Assembly: GCF_006345805.1 (NCBI RefSeq)
Contig: NC_043002.1
Location: 65,534,001 to 65,598,000 of the forward strand
From: Octopus sinensis
Lineage: Eukaryota
Length of the DNA: 64,000 nucleotides
Direction: 5' to 3'
The position numbers and the translations under genes are program-made. The notes below the pieces were generated by a model. That model saw only the letters and a list, made by a program, of their open reading frames with translations. It made no database searches and was not told the DNA's origin. Positions 1 through 14,350 of this stretch are shown here, one piece after another. The stretch's first letter is position 1. Each line of letters starts with the position of its first letter.

Positions 1-71
1 ATTTTTTAAACAAAACGTCAGTAATCAGTAATTACCTCTTTTTATTCCCCATTTTCTTCTCCTAGTTTTCC

Positions 72-105
<34 letters not shown>

Positions 106-193
106 ACAAATATATATATATACATACACACACACATATATATATATGTATATATATATATTTATATATAGATAGATAGATATACATATATAT

Positions 194-244
<51 letters not shown>

Positions 245-1165
245 TATATTAAATGGTTTCTATTAAAATGCTCAAGAATGTATTTATTTTCAGTTCAGAG
301 TAAAGATTAATTGCCTGCAAGTTTACACATCAAATATATTTTATATTACAAATTTATACATTAAAAAAACACACACACAATAGCAACTTAACCAACATTG
401 ACAATTATAACCCTTAAATATGTTTAAAATGCCTAGAGAATAATTTCTGGATTTTACAATCAATTTGTTCATTAGTTTTGTTTTGTTTTTTTAATATTTT
501 TCTAACTGTAAATATAAACTCTTTGTTACCTCATTATGCAAACTTCAAAGAAATTTATTCTTTTCTTTCTTTATAGTAATTTCTTTACTCTACATTACTG
601 ATTTGAATTATATATATTCTCTATCAGTTTCATTTTATAACAATATCTGTGATTTAAAATTTAATATGATAAAAATTAGTTAGAAATAGTTTAGCTTAAT
701 TCAAAGAAATTTTAAAATTAAAATTATCATATAATAACTCTGCTTTTCATTATGTTAGTTAGCCCGACAGTAACGCTTTCACGTGATTAGAGAAAAAAAA
801 AGATGGAAAGAAAAGAGGGAAAGAGAAAAAGGATAAGGCGAAGAGTGAGACAGAAAGAGGGAGAGAGAAACATCAATGAGTTGTGGTCGGGGGAACGTAA
901 TATTTATTTGTGGTTAAAAATGTTAGTTGAGGGTAGTGATATAGAGTAGAATTTGGAATATAATTCTATCAGAGGAGTGATGTTCTGACGGTGAGATTAA
1001 AGAAAGGGGGAAAAAAAGAGAGAGAGAGATGATGATGATGATGACAGTGGTGGTGATGGTGGTGGTGGTGGTGGTGGTGGCGGTGGCGCTGGTGGTGGTG
1101 GTGACTGCATAGTGAAAAATTTTGTTTTAAATTGAACTAAGTTTTTTATATCACCTATATTTTAA

Positions 1166-1932
1166 TGCATGCGCATCCCAGACTTGCCATTCATTTCAGA
1201 AAGAAACCAGTTTCCTCTTCACCTGTCATATGTAATGACTGTCAATAAATCACAAAGGCAGATAAAGTGGGGATGTTCTTATCTGAACCTGTATTCGACC
1301 ATGGTCATCTATATATTGCATTCTCAAGGGCTCACGTATTATCTAATATGAGAGTTAAAGTTAGCAACACTGACAAACAAGGGAAAGGAAGAGGGGGAAC
1401 TTACACAAAGAACATATTCTACAAAGAAGTATTGGATTGAAAGGTATACGCAAACTGAAATATGTATTGGCTCCGACCCATCGACTTGGCTTATAAGATA
1501 TCAACGATGTGCTTTTCAGTGTATGTCGTGTTGCATTAAATTTTTATCCCCGTGAAATTGTGACCCCTATATTTTGCACATAAAATAATTTTTTTACTAT
1601 AAAAATTTGTTTTCTAGATATGAAATTGTAACCATGTAAATTTTAAAATGTAATTTTTTTCTCTTTATGGATAAAAGAGAAAAATAAGAGTGAATGTTTA
1701 TTTCATGACTGCTGTGTATTATGTCTACAAAAATTGCGCATAAATTATATAAACTCTACATAAGGTGCATTAAGTCATCGTCGAAGTCCAATTTGCTTTA
1801 TTTTTCAATGAATAGCAGATGAGCTACGACTATCTATACAGACACAACACAGGCTACGCTTTCAGGTTTTACTGGTAAAGTTTTCAGGAATAACCCAATA
1901 AGCTTCCGTGAAATATTCACTGGTCCCGCTGG
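1166..1932 (+). mobile_element. Helitron remnant: frameshifted PIF1-like helicase C-terminus (~1172-1440) plus 3' terminal hairpin
   Basis: Translates as PDLPFISERNQFPLHLSYVMTVNKSQ, frameshift, then DKVGMFLSEPVFDHGHLYIAFSR...TKNIFYKEVLD*. This matches the Helitron helicase end (FPxxLxxAMTINKSQG...HGQLYVALSR...TKNIVYKEVL). Hairpin CCGTGAA-ATA-TTCAC(T)GG at 1906-1923 is followed by CTGG|T (degenerate CTAG|T) at 1929-1933. 5' end not found. Confidence 0.85.
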
Positions 1933-2509
1933 TTAACTAATTTTTTTAAATTACAATAAAAAGCCGAACAAATATACAAAAAAAACAATTTATGAAACGC
2001 TGTTTCATGAGTAATTTCAGAAATTTATTTAACAAATTCTAATTCCAGCACCAATAGTTTAAGTTTATTTCACCTTGTCCTGTATTTTTCCATACTTAAT
2101 TACTACATGTACTCTACTTTCCCAGGTTCAGTACTTAGAAATATTCCAGGACTCTGCGCTAGCATTTTTATTCTAGTCTACGTTTCTTCAGGCAACGCTT
2201 CTACTTTAATTATTACATTTACTTTCATAACTTAAAAAACACAGTTAATATTTTTTTAAATTCCATTTTCTTTCTTCAACATTATAAATCATAAGGAATA
2301 TACCTGTTACAAAAAAAAATATTTTTAAATAATTTATATTATAAAATAATGTTATATTCTTATAAAAGTAATTAGTAATTATATATTTTCATGAGTAGGA
2401 GATTGAGCGTCAATGATGACTTCAAAAGTTGGTGTAGAAGTCATTTTCCAAATCCTATGTGATCGCTTTGCTGAGAAAGAAATACTCAAGATCATCTTAA
2501 TGGTCTCTA

Positions 2510-2588
<79 letters not shown>

Positions 2589-2629
2589 TGTGTGTGTGAG
2601 TATATATATATATATATAATCTAATTACT

Positions 2630-2760
2630 CTCTTTTACTTGCTTCAGTCATTTGACTGCGGTCATGCTGAAGCACCACCTTTAGTCGAGCAAATCGACCC
2701 CAGAATTTATCCTTTGGAAGCCTAGTACTTATTTTATCGCTCTCTCTTTTGCTGAACCGC
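2630..2760 (-). mobile_element. SINE family A, 3' fragment
   Basis: Matches the tail of the full copies at 21587-22005 and 44884-45250. Confidence 0.8.
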
Positions 2761-2861
2761 TGAATTTAATACTTTATTGCACGTATTTCTTGCAAAATAA
2801 ATTTCTGCTGCGTTATTCTTCAGCTCTATTTATGAGGCTCTGTTTGGTACTCGTTTCACAT

Positions 2862-3050
2862 TTTGACAGAATTGTAAGAGAGGGTGCAAGTCAATTACAT
2901 GGAACCCAGTGCGTGATTGGTACTTATTTTGTAGAAGTTGACACCAGCGGCATTGGAACTCAGAACGTAATGTCGGAAGAGATGCCGCTAAGCAATATTT
3001 CTGGCGCACTAACGGTTTGGCCATCTCGCTGCCAGTTTCGTAATATTAAA
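2862..3050 (-). mobile_element. SINE family B, diverged copy
   Basis: Reverse complement resembles the full copy at 26382-26609. Confidence 0.65.
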
Positions 3051-3320
3051 GAACAATAACGCCACCCTACACCCAACCCCAACAAATCTGAACTGAATTT
3101 GCCTTGGCATTTTCTTTTCATGACAGAGATATCTTTTTCTGAAAATAAGTTCTGGTATTTATGGATTTAGGCAGATTTAATGGAGTGGTGGTGGCAGGGG
3201 GGACGTTTTTTGGGTAGGTTGGTATTTAGGAGATAAACAGGGCACAAGCTATTGTTCTTAGGGGAGTGGTCAAAAGGCCACAGTGTTTTTGAATCAGTGA
3301 GAAAATAAATAAATGAATAA

Positions 3321-4226
3321 AGGACTTCCGAGGCAATAACTTGGTTCCGGGATTTACCTGACAAGAGCAACACCCGCTTCCTTCAATTATATATCGAGGA
3401 ATATTACGCCTCTATATCGCCTGCTGATTGACGCGATTAACTTCGCTAGGACCTTCTCCACCATCACCGAAGCCGAGCAGGATGTGATCCTCCATGCACG
3501 TAAGACCTTTCTTTACCATGACGGATCCCACTGGATCAACAAAAAATCCGAGACCCCCTTCGACGTCAGTATGGGTGCTAGCGACTCGGCTGAAATAAGT
3601 GACCTTGTGGGCCTATTCATCTTCCATGGGTTGAAGACCCTATTCACAGGCCTCTCCAGTGGTCTCTACCGCGATGATGGCCTTTTTGCCCTCCACAAAG
3701 TAAACCCCAGGACCACGGATGGGTTCCGGAAAAACCTTTACACTTTTTTTTAAAAACTTAGGCCTTAGGATTACCTTAGATTCGAACTTAACCAAAGCTA
3801 ACTTCCTGGACGTTACCCTCAATTTAGAAACCTCCCTTTATTACCCGTACCATAAACCTAATGAATCCCTTAGATACATAGACATTAATTCTAACCACCC
3901 CAAAAATATATTAGACAACCTAATGAAAAGTGTCTCCATTAGGATATCTAGCCTCTCTGCCACCGAGGATATCTTTAATGCCGCAGCCCCCTATTACAAC
4001 GAGGTCCTGGCCCGCAGTGGCTTTAGAGATAAGATCACCTACATTAGCATAGCCCCACGCCCACCCAAGAATAATAGGCGAAGAGATATTAACTGGTACA
4101 ACCCCCCTTCAACCGTGAAGTCTCAACACCTGTAGCTAAAATTTTCTTCACTCTCTTACAAAAACACTTCCCCACCCAACATAAATACTATACAATCCTT
4201 AATAAGAGCACCATTAGACTCTCCTA
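3321..4226 (+). mobile_element. Penelope-like element reverse transcriptase pseudogene (Naiad-type motifs)
   Basis: Across about 3 frameshifts: RTSEAITWFRDLPDKSNTRFLQLYIEEYYASIS / LLIDAINFAR...ILHARKTFLY...FDVSMGASDSAEISDLVGLF...GLYRDDGL / FLDVTLNL...YHKPN...SNHP...SGF...WYNPP / FNREVST...KHFP...NKSTIRLSY. YRDD is intact; the first catalytic D appears mutated to Y. Cut off by a SINE before any GIY-YIG domain. Confidence 0.9.
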
Positions 4227-4227
4227 C

Positions 4228-4516
4228 TTATTTAATCGACCCCGAAAGGATGAAAGGAAAAGTCGACCTCGGCAAAGCCGCCCATCCATACTAGCCTCCC
4301 CTCTCCACGCCACCAGTGTTATCCAAGGGAAGGACAAAGGCAGATACAGCTTGGCACCTTTGACGTCGCAACTCATTTCTACAGCTGAGTGAACTGGAGC
4401 AGCGTGAAACAAAGTGTCTTGCTCAAGAACACAACACGAAGCCCGGTCCGGGATTCGAACTCACAACCTCGTGATCGTAAGCTCAACGCTCTAATCACTG
4501 AGCCACGCGACTTCAC
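4228..4516 (-). mobile_element. SINE family C (tRNA head, CORE-like middle) joined to a family B fragment
   Basis: Minus strand has A box TGGCTCAGTGA and B box GTTCGAATCC, then TGTGTTCTTGAGCAAGACACTT. 4228-4273 matches the GTCGACTTT-CCTTTCATCCTTTCGGGGTCGAT segment of family B. Confidence 0.8.
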
Positions 4517-4542
4517 ACACACACAGACACATACATACACAC

Positions 4543-4824
<282 letters not shown>

Positions 4825-5204
4825 ATATATTAAAGTAAAAACGTCGAAACGGGAAAATACTGGAATTAATTCAATCATCGGGCTACCGGATCACAGTTGA
4901 ATTGAAGCTAAACATGCACAACCAGTAGTTGTTGAGCTCAAATATAAAACGTTTGAACACATCATGTCTTCAAAATATCTTAAGAGTAAATAAACAAGCA
5001 AACTTTTTTCTTCTTTTCAGTCTTTTAAAATTTTCATTTTTCTTCCCCTATCCGTCTTTTTTCATTCTTTTACATCTTGTCCATCACTTCCTCTGCAATT
5101 CCAAACGTCGTTATCTTTCTTCTTTATTCTTTCCTCCACCTTCTGCTGCTACCCCTTTTCCTTTTCGACTACTTTCCTCCCGTCTTATCCCTCCTCGTAA
5201 ATCA

Positions 5205-5218
5205 TCATCATCATCATT

Positions 5219-5253
<35 letters not shown>

Positions 5254-5424
5254 ATATCGTCGTCGTCGTCGTCGTCATCATCATCGTTGTCGTCTTCGTC
5301 ATCATCACCATCATTTTAATCATCATCCTCGACATCACCATTTCTACTCTCTCTGCACGATCACCCTCCATCACCACCAACAACTACTACGCCAACATGG
5401 CCGTCGTTGGCTTCATCACCGTCG

Positions 5425-5475
<51 letters not shown>

Positions 5476-5590
5476 CCACCACCACCATCATCATCATCAT
5501 CGTCATCACCACCACCACCACCACCATCATTATCACCAACACCATCACCATGACCATCATCATCATCACCACCATCACCGTCATCATTAT
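5205..5590. repeat. Compound trinucleotide microsatellite (ATC/GTC/ACC)n
   Basis: Directly visible; source of spurious poly-S/I/H/D ORFs. Confidence 0.95.
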
Positions 5591-5775
5591 AATTAGATTC
5601 CTTCATTCAACTTTTCGTTCAATTATTCTATGTGAGTGTACAGTACTCATAAGACACATTTTTCATCTTCAAATATTTATGCTTGTGGCTTGTTTTCATG
5701 TTTTTTCACAAAGTATGTGTGTTTTCATATATACTATTACGTAAACAAAAATACGCATACATATACACACATATG

Positions 5776-5817
<42 letters not shown>

Positions 5818-5822
5818 CATAA

Positions 5823-5866
<44 letters not shown>

Positions 5867-5890
5867 TTATATATATATATATATATATAC

Positions 5891-6455
5891 ACATAGACCT
5901 ATGTATATATACGTATCTGTATGTATATGTATAGGTATGTAATTGTATCTTACAGATTTACTGCATATTTATCATATTCTTATTATAATTCTGTTTTTCA
6001 TGAGATATTTACTACATATTTTCATGCTAATATATCGTGTAAGACTACTGTATAAGAATATGTCTGTGTAAATATGTAACTATTTCCGTTTGTGCGTGCG
6101 CGATGTGCGTGAATGTGTGTTTGTGTATGCGGTATACATATATATGTTCATATATATATATAATATATATATATATATACATGGCCATGCGTATTTGCAT
6201 TGTGTGTGCCTGTTGCATACTTCAGATTTCTCTCTTGATATATAGCTGTGTACATCTAAGTAGCGTGTAATTGTATGTAAGCATGTGCGCGTACATATAT
6301 GTGTGTGTATGTGTGCGTGTGTGTGTGTATGTGTGTGTGCGTGTGTAAGTTTATGTGTGTGCATCTGAGTGACTTTGGTCGTTTTTTCACTACTGTGTAT
6401 TATATGTAAATGTTGGTTTTTCATCCGCATGCTTTGTATATTAGAGTGTGTATGT

Positions 6456-6529
<74 letters not shown>

Positions 6530-7133
6530 TATATATATAATATATATATATTATATATATATATATATACACATAGACCTATGTATATATACGTATCTGT
6601 ATGTATATGTATAGGTATGTAATTGTATCTTACAGATTTACTGCATATTTATCATATTCTTATTATAATTCTGTTTTTCATGAGATATTTACTACATATT
6701 TTCATGCTAATATATCGTGTAAGACTACTGTATAAGAATATGTCTGTGTAAATATGTAACTATTTCCGTTTGTGCGTGCGCGATGTGCGTGAATGTGTGT
6801 TTGTGTATGCGGTATACATATATATGTTCATATATATATATAATATATATATATATATACATGGCCATGCGTATTTGCATTGTGTGTGCCTGTTGCATAC
6901 TTCAGATTTCTCTCTTGATATATAGCTGTGTACATCTAAGTAGCGTGTAATTGTATGTAAGCATGTGCGCGTACATATATGTGTGTGTATGTGTGCGTGT
7001 GTGTGTATGTGTGTGTGCGTGTGTAAGTTTATGTGTGTGCATCTGAGTGACTTTGGTCGTTTTTTCACTACTGTGTATTATATGTAAATGTTGGTTTTTC
7101 ATCCGCATGCTTTGTATATTAGAGTGTGTATGT

Positions 7134-7150
<17 letters not shown>
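5891..7150. repeat. Tandem duplication, ~680-bp period, bounded by (TA)n
   Basis: ACATAGACCTATG starts at 5891 and 6571; copies appear to differ only in microsatellite length. Confidence 0.95.
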
Positions 7151-7230
<80 letters not shown>

Positions 7231-7299
7231 ATATACATATAAATATACATACCTACATATATGTATGTATATGTGTATATATGCATATATGCATATAGA

Positions 7300-7389
<90 letters not shown>

Positions 7390-7393
7390 ATAC

Positions 7394-7439
<46 letters not shown>

Positions 7440-9204
7440 TTATAATAGTTATGTATGTATATGTATATATACGTATATATGTGGCGTGTGTCAATACACA
7501 GACACACAAACACACATATATATGTATATGTATATGCATGCATATATATGTTTGAATACGGGTATTTTGTATGTATATACATATATGTGTGTGTATGTGT
7601 TCGCGTGAGTATTTGTGTGTACGTGTGTGTGTACATGGTTCTGTGATTCTTATGTATATCTCTTTCTCTTTAGTGTGTGTCTGCGTGTGTTTCTTTCCTT
7701 TTTCTTAGGCTCCATATAAAGCTTTTCATCTCCTTTTTTTTTTATTCCCTGTTCTTCGTTGGAAAGTTTGAGCTTTAATCTCTTAATGGCATCGTTTCTG
7801 TTTCCATAGCTTGATACAAACTTTCCACACCATTTTCCGGCGACGCAATTGCATCATCATCATCATCATCATCATCATCTACATGAACAACAACAACAAC
7901 AAAAGCAACTGTAGCAACAGCAATAACAACAACAATGTTAAACTTGGCATTGCGAAAAAGAAATAAAAAAAAAATTAAAATAAAGATTTGGTAATAGAAA
8001 AAAAAAAGGAGCAGAAAAAATAAATTTATAGCTACCAAAATAAACAAAAAAACAACCAAACAAAATGTAAAAATAAATCTAAATAAATGTAAGAGTTAAA
8101 AACATATATAAAAAAAATTCGGAACGCAAGAATGGCTCTTATTGCCGACATGTTTCTGTTTCTTGCTTGCGAGTTAACCAGTTTGTGCAAACGTAATTTT
8201 TGTTTTGATATTCATTTTATTGTTCCCCCTTCTTTTATCGTCTGCTTCTTTTATTTGGTATAGAATATAGTCATACTCTCGATACCACTTGGCAGATTTT
8301 TCTATGAAAAAAAAATTATGGTAAAAATGAAGAAAAAAATGCATAAAGTTTGTATGTGTATGTATGTATCTATGTACAAGCACATGTCTGTGTTTCTGCG
8401 TGTCTTTTTATGTGCGTATGTATATATAATATCTCTTCTGGTTCACTTCCGGTAAACGAGATTTATTTGCCCTATCTTTGGTCTAACATAATAATGAAAA
8501 TAATAACGATGATAATGTTAATAACATTAATAATAATAATAATAATTATTAATGTTGTTACTGTTTTTTTTTTTGCTGTTGTTGTTGCTGCTGCTGCTGC
8601 TGCTATTATTTTTATTTTAAATTACAAGACTTTAATTCGTCTCTTATATTGTTATTTTATTATATTTTTTAACATCGATATATCTAGAAACCAAATGCCG
8701 ATTGAGTACGAGTTTAACAAGTAGCTGAATGAGCTTTTGTTAAGAACTATTCAATTTCATATCGCTTCAATAAAACACGATATTTTTTTTTTTACTTTAC
8801 TATAAGTTTGTACATAGCTTTTATTTTTTTTTTTATTCCGGATTTCTGGCGTTCTTAATACTGAATGTCGATATCGTTGTTCGATATAAAAAATTCTTTT
8901 ATTCTTTTATTTATTTAAGCTGACATAATCTGAATTGTTAATCCATCGTTACTTTGTTTTGTTTCACCAGCTACTTCGAAATTATGATCTGTCTGTTTCA
9001 TTAAGCCCTCAGTAAAGAAGCAGAGTGTTGGAGGGAGGGGAGAGAAATCCTTTCTAGATCTGGGATTGTATGATTTTCGTGACTTTCTGGATAAAATTAC
9101 TGCAATACGTGACGTCATTGTCTTCGCAACAAAAAAACAATCAACCTCGAGGCTTGACTTTTATTCAATACAAACCAATAACAAATTAATTATTCTTTTC
9201 TACC

Positions 9205-9325
9205 TTTGGCACAAAGCCCGAAATTTGGGGGGAGGGGGCCAGTCGATTAGATCGATCCCAGTACGCGACTGGTACTTAATTTATCGACCCCGAAATGATG
9301 AAAGACAAGGTCGACCTCGGTGGAA
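9205..9325 (-). mobile_element. SINE family B fragment
   Basis: TGGTACTTAATTTATCGACCCCGAAATGATGAAAGACAAGGTCGACCTCGG is the reverse complement of the family B core. Confidence 0.75.
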
Positions 9326-9723
9326 TCAACAACAAACTAATTATTAAAAAATGAAGGAACAAAGAATTGTACCATGGTATGGTATGCTTTTCATGTCGTT
9401 TATACTAATTGGTTTGATGTGGTTTACGTAGCTTTGCCAAACAGTAAGCGTTTATAGGGACATAAAATGTTCGCACGAATCGGATAACTGTTGTCATTTA
9501 CATCTTGCGGTCATTGAACTGTGACTGCACTGGAAGACTACCTTCAAAGATTTAGTCAAACATATCGATCTATTTCTCTATTTTAAAGTTTGTTACTTAT
9601 TCTAAAGATGTCTGTAGAAGAACGGGCGTGTTCAGGTGATTTAAACAAACCAATACCAGTTGTAAAGTGCTTGCCGGAAACATGAACACACACACACACA
9701 CTCACACACACTCAGACAAACAT

Positions 9724-9760
<37 letters not shown>

Positions 9761-9761
9761 C

Positions 9762-10135
9762 TCTTTTACTCTTTTACTTGTTTCAGTCATTTTGACTGCG
9801 GCCATGCTGGAGCACCGACTTTAGTCGAGCAAATCTACCCCAGGACTTATTCTTTGTAAGCTTAGTACTTATTCTAGCGGTCTCTTTTGCCGAACGTAAA
9901 CACACCAGCATCAGTTGTGAAGCGATGTTGGGGGCACGAAACACAAGCATATACACACATGCATATATATATATATATATATATACGGCGGGATTCTTTC
10001 AGTTTCTGTCTACCAAATCCTCTCATAAGGCTGTGGTCAACCCGAGGCTATAGTAGAAAGCACTTGCCCAAGGTCCAGCGTAGAGAAACTGACGAAAACA
10101 GACACACAAACACACACACACATACACACATACTC

Positions 10136-10166
<31 letters not shown>

Positions 10167-10307
10167 CATACAACGGGTTTCTTTCAGCCACGCTTCGGCC
10201 CGTGGCTATAGTAGAAGACACTTGCTCAAGTGCCGCGCAGTGGGACTGAACCCAGAACCATGTGGCTGGTAAACAAGCTTGTTAACACACAGCCACTCTT
10301 GCGCCTA
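9762..10307 (-). mobile_element. SINE family A: one copy (9762-10080) and a second head fragment (10170-10307)
   Basis: Close match to 21587-22005. Confidence 0.8.
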
Positions 10308-11789
10308 TGTATGTCTTGTGTTTACAAATAGACCTTCCACTGTTTCTGTTATGTTTACAGCTCTACGTACATTATCGTATGCCTGTATGCTTCCTGTGTA
10401 GTGTTTCACTAACTACTATACGTAGTAGTATTGCTAGTTATAAAATACAAAGCAAATATAGGGGAAATTAAAAGAAACACGAAGTGATATTGCTAGTTCC
10501 TACGTACGTTTGTACGTATTCATTTATATACGAACTGTTTCTGTAAAGTTTCTGTCCACGGAATTCTGTCACAAGGTCTTTGTCCCCCCGTGGTTATATG
10601 AAAAAAAAATTGCCAACTGTTTCCCCCCAGTAAGAAACGAACCCAAAATGTACAGTTGCAAAGTGAACTTCGTGACCATACACACATACCTGCTATAAAA
10701 ACTCTTATAATTTATCCAACTACACTTCTTTGAAGCTATTTGAGATATGCTTTGAAAGAGGATGATAGTCTGGTAGAATCTGTTGAGCGACGGATATAAT
10801 TTCTATTGGATTTAGTCGATACCTTTATCCTCTGAGCTTGAAAATCCCGCATGGTGTCGCTGAAATATATTCCAGTAGAATACTGGTGTCCATGGAATTT
10901 TCAACTCTCTACCCACAAAAGTGTGACTTGATCCCTACCTTAAAATGTTATTACAGTGATGCCAAAGTATGAAGACGATACAAGGTCTATGGCCTTTTCC
11001 CTATTATCCAATTTCGTTAATTACCCTCTGTACTCTTAATGGCTTTCACTTTTAAATATGTACCTCATGTAAACCTATGAGACATCACACAATGCAGGCA
11101 TTTAAAAAATTATTATTAGTGCAAAGTTGACTAGATTTCGGCAATTAGGCTACAATAAACACACACACACAAACATACATACATACATACATACATACAT
11201 ACATACATGCATACATACATATATACTTATGTGTGTGTGTGTGTGTGTATGTTTGCGTGCGTGCGCGTAGGTGTTTTTTTTTATTTTTTATGCTACCGAA
11301 GACTATGTATTTTCTGTGTTAGCTTTGTTACTAGTGTAATAGTCATGAACTGTGATACGATTTACTTGTATTAAATGGTTAATAATGCCAACGATGTGTC
11401 TTTCAAGAACTTTTTTCAAGTGAATCGTATCATGGTGGATCTTAAGTTTTTCACAACGGGCAAAAAAATTTACTATAATTTCGTCTAGATCCAAATTGTA
11501 GAAATTTAAGTATTTTAGAACGTACAGTCATAGACTTCTGTGAGACCAGTAATTCTTTCAAGTAGTTCTCTCAGGCCTTTAGAATTTTGATGTTCGCAAC
11601 CAAACTATTGCCTTTTAGGCGCTAGATGCAAGGAAGGGGTCGAACACGCGATCTAGATGCTCGATGAACATTTTAGTTTTGCATTCCTGTTCGCTGTGCG
11701 CGTGTGCTCGTGTATGTTGGCTGAATTTTGAGACGTGTCTTGCAAGAGAGTATCTTAGGTATTGTAATACAGGTATATTATTGGAGCTT

Positions 11790-12518
11790 TGGAAGGGGAC
11801 ATGGGGTGCGGTATGACCGTTTTTAACGTTGTCGATGTTGTTACTGTCAGTTTTATAGTTTTATGTTGGATACAGACGTTTGCCAATTTTCTGTTCTTTT
11901 ACGATACATTTATTTGTTTACTATTTTTTAATTTCTCGTCCATTTATTTGATGCTGGGTTTTATTTATGCTATGGTTTGGGGGTATTATGTTTGTAGTTG
12001 TCTCTGGTCTTTTAATGAGGTTTGCTATTTCTATTTCCAGTGTGTAAATGGGGTTGTAGTTTTGATGTTGCTTTATGGTATACATCTTTTTGATGCGTCT
12101 ATAATTATCTCGATGAATGTACATACAGCTTTCTCTGTGTTCGTGATTGGGTTGCTGTACAGTTCTAAAACCCTGCATTCTGTTTCATGATGGCACTTAT
12201 TCCATTAGCTTTTTGTTTGTATTTTAAATTTATAACAGTGTTTAGCTTTCTTTATTCAATGTGTGTTGTGAAAATAATCGCTTGGTGGTCCTCGGAAAGT
12301 TGAGTAAGTTTTTGCCAGGTGTTTATGGTTGCTATGTTTGGTGAGTAGAATATCTAGGGGAGAGCTTTTAGAGACGGGTGTGAAACCTTCAGGGAAGGTT
12401 GGTGAGGTCGTTAATGTTTGTGTGTATATATGTACACAGACACAGACACACACACACATATGACCGTTTATATATATGTATATATACATTCGTTTATATA
12501 TTTATATAATATATGAGA

Positions 12519-12574
<56 letters not shown>

Positions 12575-12591
12575 TATATACATATATATAT

Positions 12592-12673
<82 letters not shown>

Positions 12674-13200
12674 ATATATATATATGTATATATATATGTA
12701 TATAAAGATACATATATTTTATATATATGTGTATGTATGTATATACATATATATACACACACAAACACACACATAAGTACATATTGCCTTAGTTCATTTC
12801 TTGGCGAGTCCGGTTAAACAAGCGAATGCACTAAAAAAGCATTATCCAAAATTCTGACTGTCTCCTTTTTTATTAATACATATTTGTGTGTCTGACATTA
12901 ATAGCTTTCATGATGATAATTTTTTTTCTTTTCCCTTTATTGCTTCTATTTCTAATGTAGCATCATTTGGAATATCATGATGTGTTTATTGCTTTTTATG
13001 AAGTTGCTATTTCTGAGGTTTAGTAGGGTTTGATTATTCTTATGCTGCCTTATGCGATATGTTTTAAGTTGCAATCAGAAATACTTGGCTGAATATAATG
13101 TTCTACAACATCTAAACTCGTCAGTGCAGCATTGAAGTGATCTGAAAATCCTTGGTTTTGTTCTCGATTGTAGAACTCCATATACATGGGGGCTTTTTAA
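11790..13200 (-). mobile_element. Heavily decayed LINE ORF2 remnant (end of APE endonuclease and linker), split by a (TA)n tract
   Basis: Minus-strand pieces: SEDHQAIIFTT (SDH-like), ITNTEKAVCTFIEIIIDASKRCIP, EIANLIKR...QHQINGREI. Many stops; clade not resolved. Confidence 0.45.
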
Positions 13201-13488
13201 GTCTGTAAAGTGTTTGGTGTTTGAGTGTATTGTGAAAATAATTAGAAGAAAATCTAAGTAATTTTCAGTGTTTGTGTCCATGGAACTTGCAGAAGCGCAT
13301 GTGTATGCCAAAGAAGGTAATTTCTAGTAAAGATGGGTTATAGTTAGATTGCTGAGATACGTCTCTATCTTTATGTATATGTGTATATGTTTGCGTATGT
13401 GTGTGTGGTTGTGATGTAAATTCTGAGGAAATTTGGCGGTTACTGGCTGTGTTTGCTACACTATTTGAAACCATAATATATATTTATT

Positions 13489-13661
13489 TACATTATTTAC
13501 ATTTGACGGATAATTGTCCTCATCTTATTTGTTGTTAACACAACGATTCGGCCGATATACCCGCCAAGACACCTGATGAAGGCTGGAGGGTATATCAGCC
13601 GAAACGTTGTGTCAGCAACAAACAAGATGTGGACAAATATCCGTCAAATGTAAATAATGTA
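13489..13661. repeat. Imperfect palindrome (78-bp arms, 17-bp spacer) resembling inverted Penelope-type terminal repeats
   Basis: 13489-13566 is the reverse complement of 13584-13661 with scattered mismatches; overlaps a hammerhead motif. Confidence 0.85.
13568..13613 (+). ncRNA. Minimal type I hammerhead ribozyme motif (dimer-type)
   Basis: GACAC-CUGAUGA-A-GGCUG[gagggtatat]CAGCC-GAAA-CGU-U-GUGUC. Stem I GACAC/GUGUC, stem II GGCUG/CAGCC, stem III reduced to the palindrome ACGU, cleavage triplet GUU, extra A after A9. Confidence 0.7.
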
Positions 13662-13735
13662 CATAATTCTTCATCTCTTAATTATAGAACTGAATTATCA
13701 TAATGTATACTATATTAATCATATCCACATATATT

Positions 13736-13926
13736 AAGGCGGCTAGCCACCAGAATCGTTTGCACGCCATGCAAATCATGCTTAGCGTCATTCCATCCGT
13801 AAATATGTTCTCAATTCAGCCGAAGTCCACTTTTCCATTCAGCCTTTCAGGGTCCATAAAATAGGTACCAGTTAATCACTGGGGTAGATGTAAATTGCTG
13901 GCCGTGTGCCAAAATTGAAACCAGTA
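13736..13926 (+). mobile_element. SINE family B (duplicated at ~15024-15215)
   Basis: AAGGCGGCTAGC...AGAATCGTTTGCACGCC...AATAGGTACCAGTT resembles 26382-26609. Confidence 0.75.
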
Positions 13927-14018
13927 TTATTGACATATATTTTGACGGTTTGTATTTCCCGTTTTCTCACCCTTCTAAATTTAAGGATGTCATTTCTGAT
14001 ATATGAATCCTTAACGCA

Positions 14019-14350
14019 GAGACGCAATGGCCCAGTGGTTAGGGAAGCGGACCCATGGTCATAGGATCATGGTTTCGAAACCCAGACCGGGCATTGTGAG
14101 TGTTTATTGATCGAAAACACCTAAAGCTCCACCAGGCTCCTGCAGGGGCTGGTGGCGAACCCTGCTGTACTCTTTCACCACAACTTTAACTCTTTCTTCG
14201 GGTTTCTGGTGTACCTGTATTTCAAAGGGCCAGTCGTGTCACACCCTGTGTCACGCTGCATCTTCCCACTTGCACGTTAATTTCACGAGCAGGCTGTTCC
14301 GTTGGTCGAATCGACCGGAACCCTCGTCGTCGGAACCGACGGAGTGCCAC
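14019..14350 (+). mobile_element. SINE family D (duplicated at ~15307-15640)
   Basis: A box TGGCCCAGTGG, B box GTTTCGAAACC; body matches 52322-52515. Confidence 0.75.

Noticed and set aside
4929-5744. 271-aa ORF as a membrane protein
   Set aside because: Hydrophobicity comes from (ATC)n/(GTC)n read as poly-I/V; non-ATG start and no domain signature
8148-8160. GAAACATGTC half-hammerhead on the minus strand
   Set aside because: No CUGANGA box upstream
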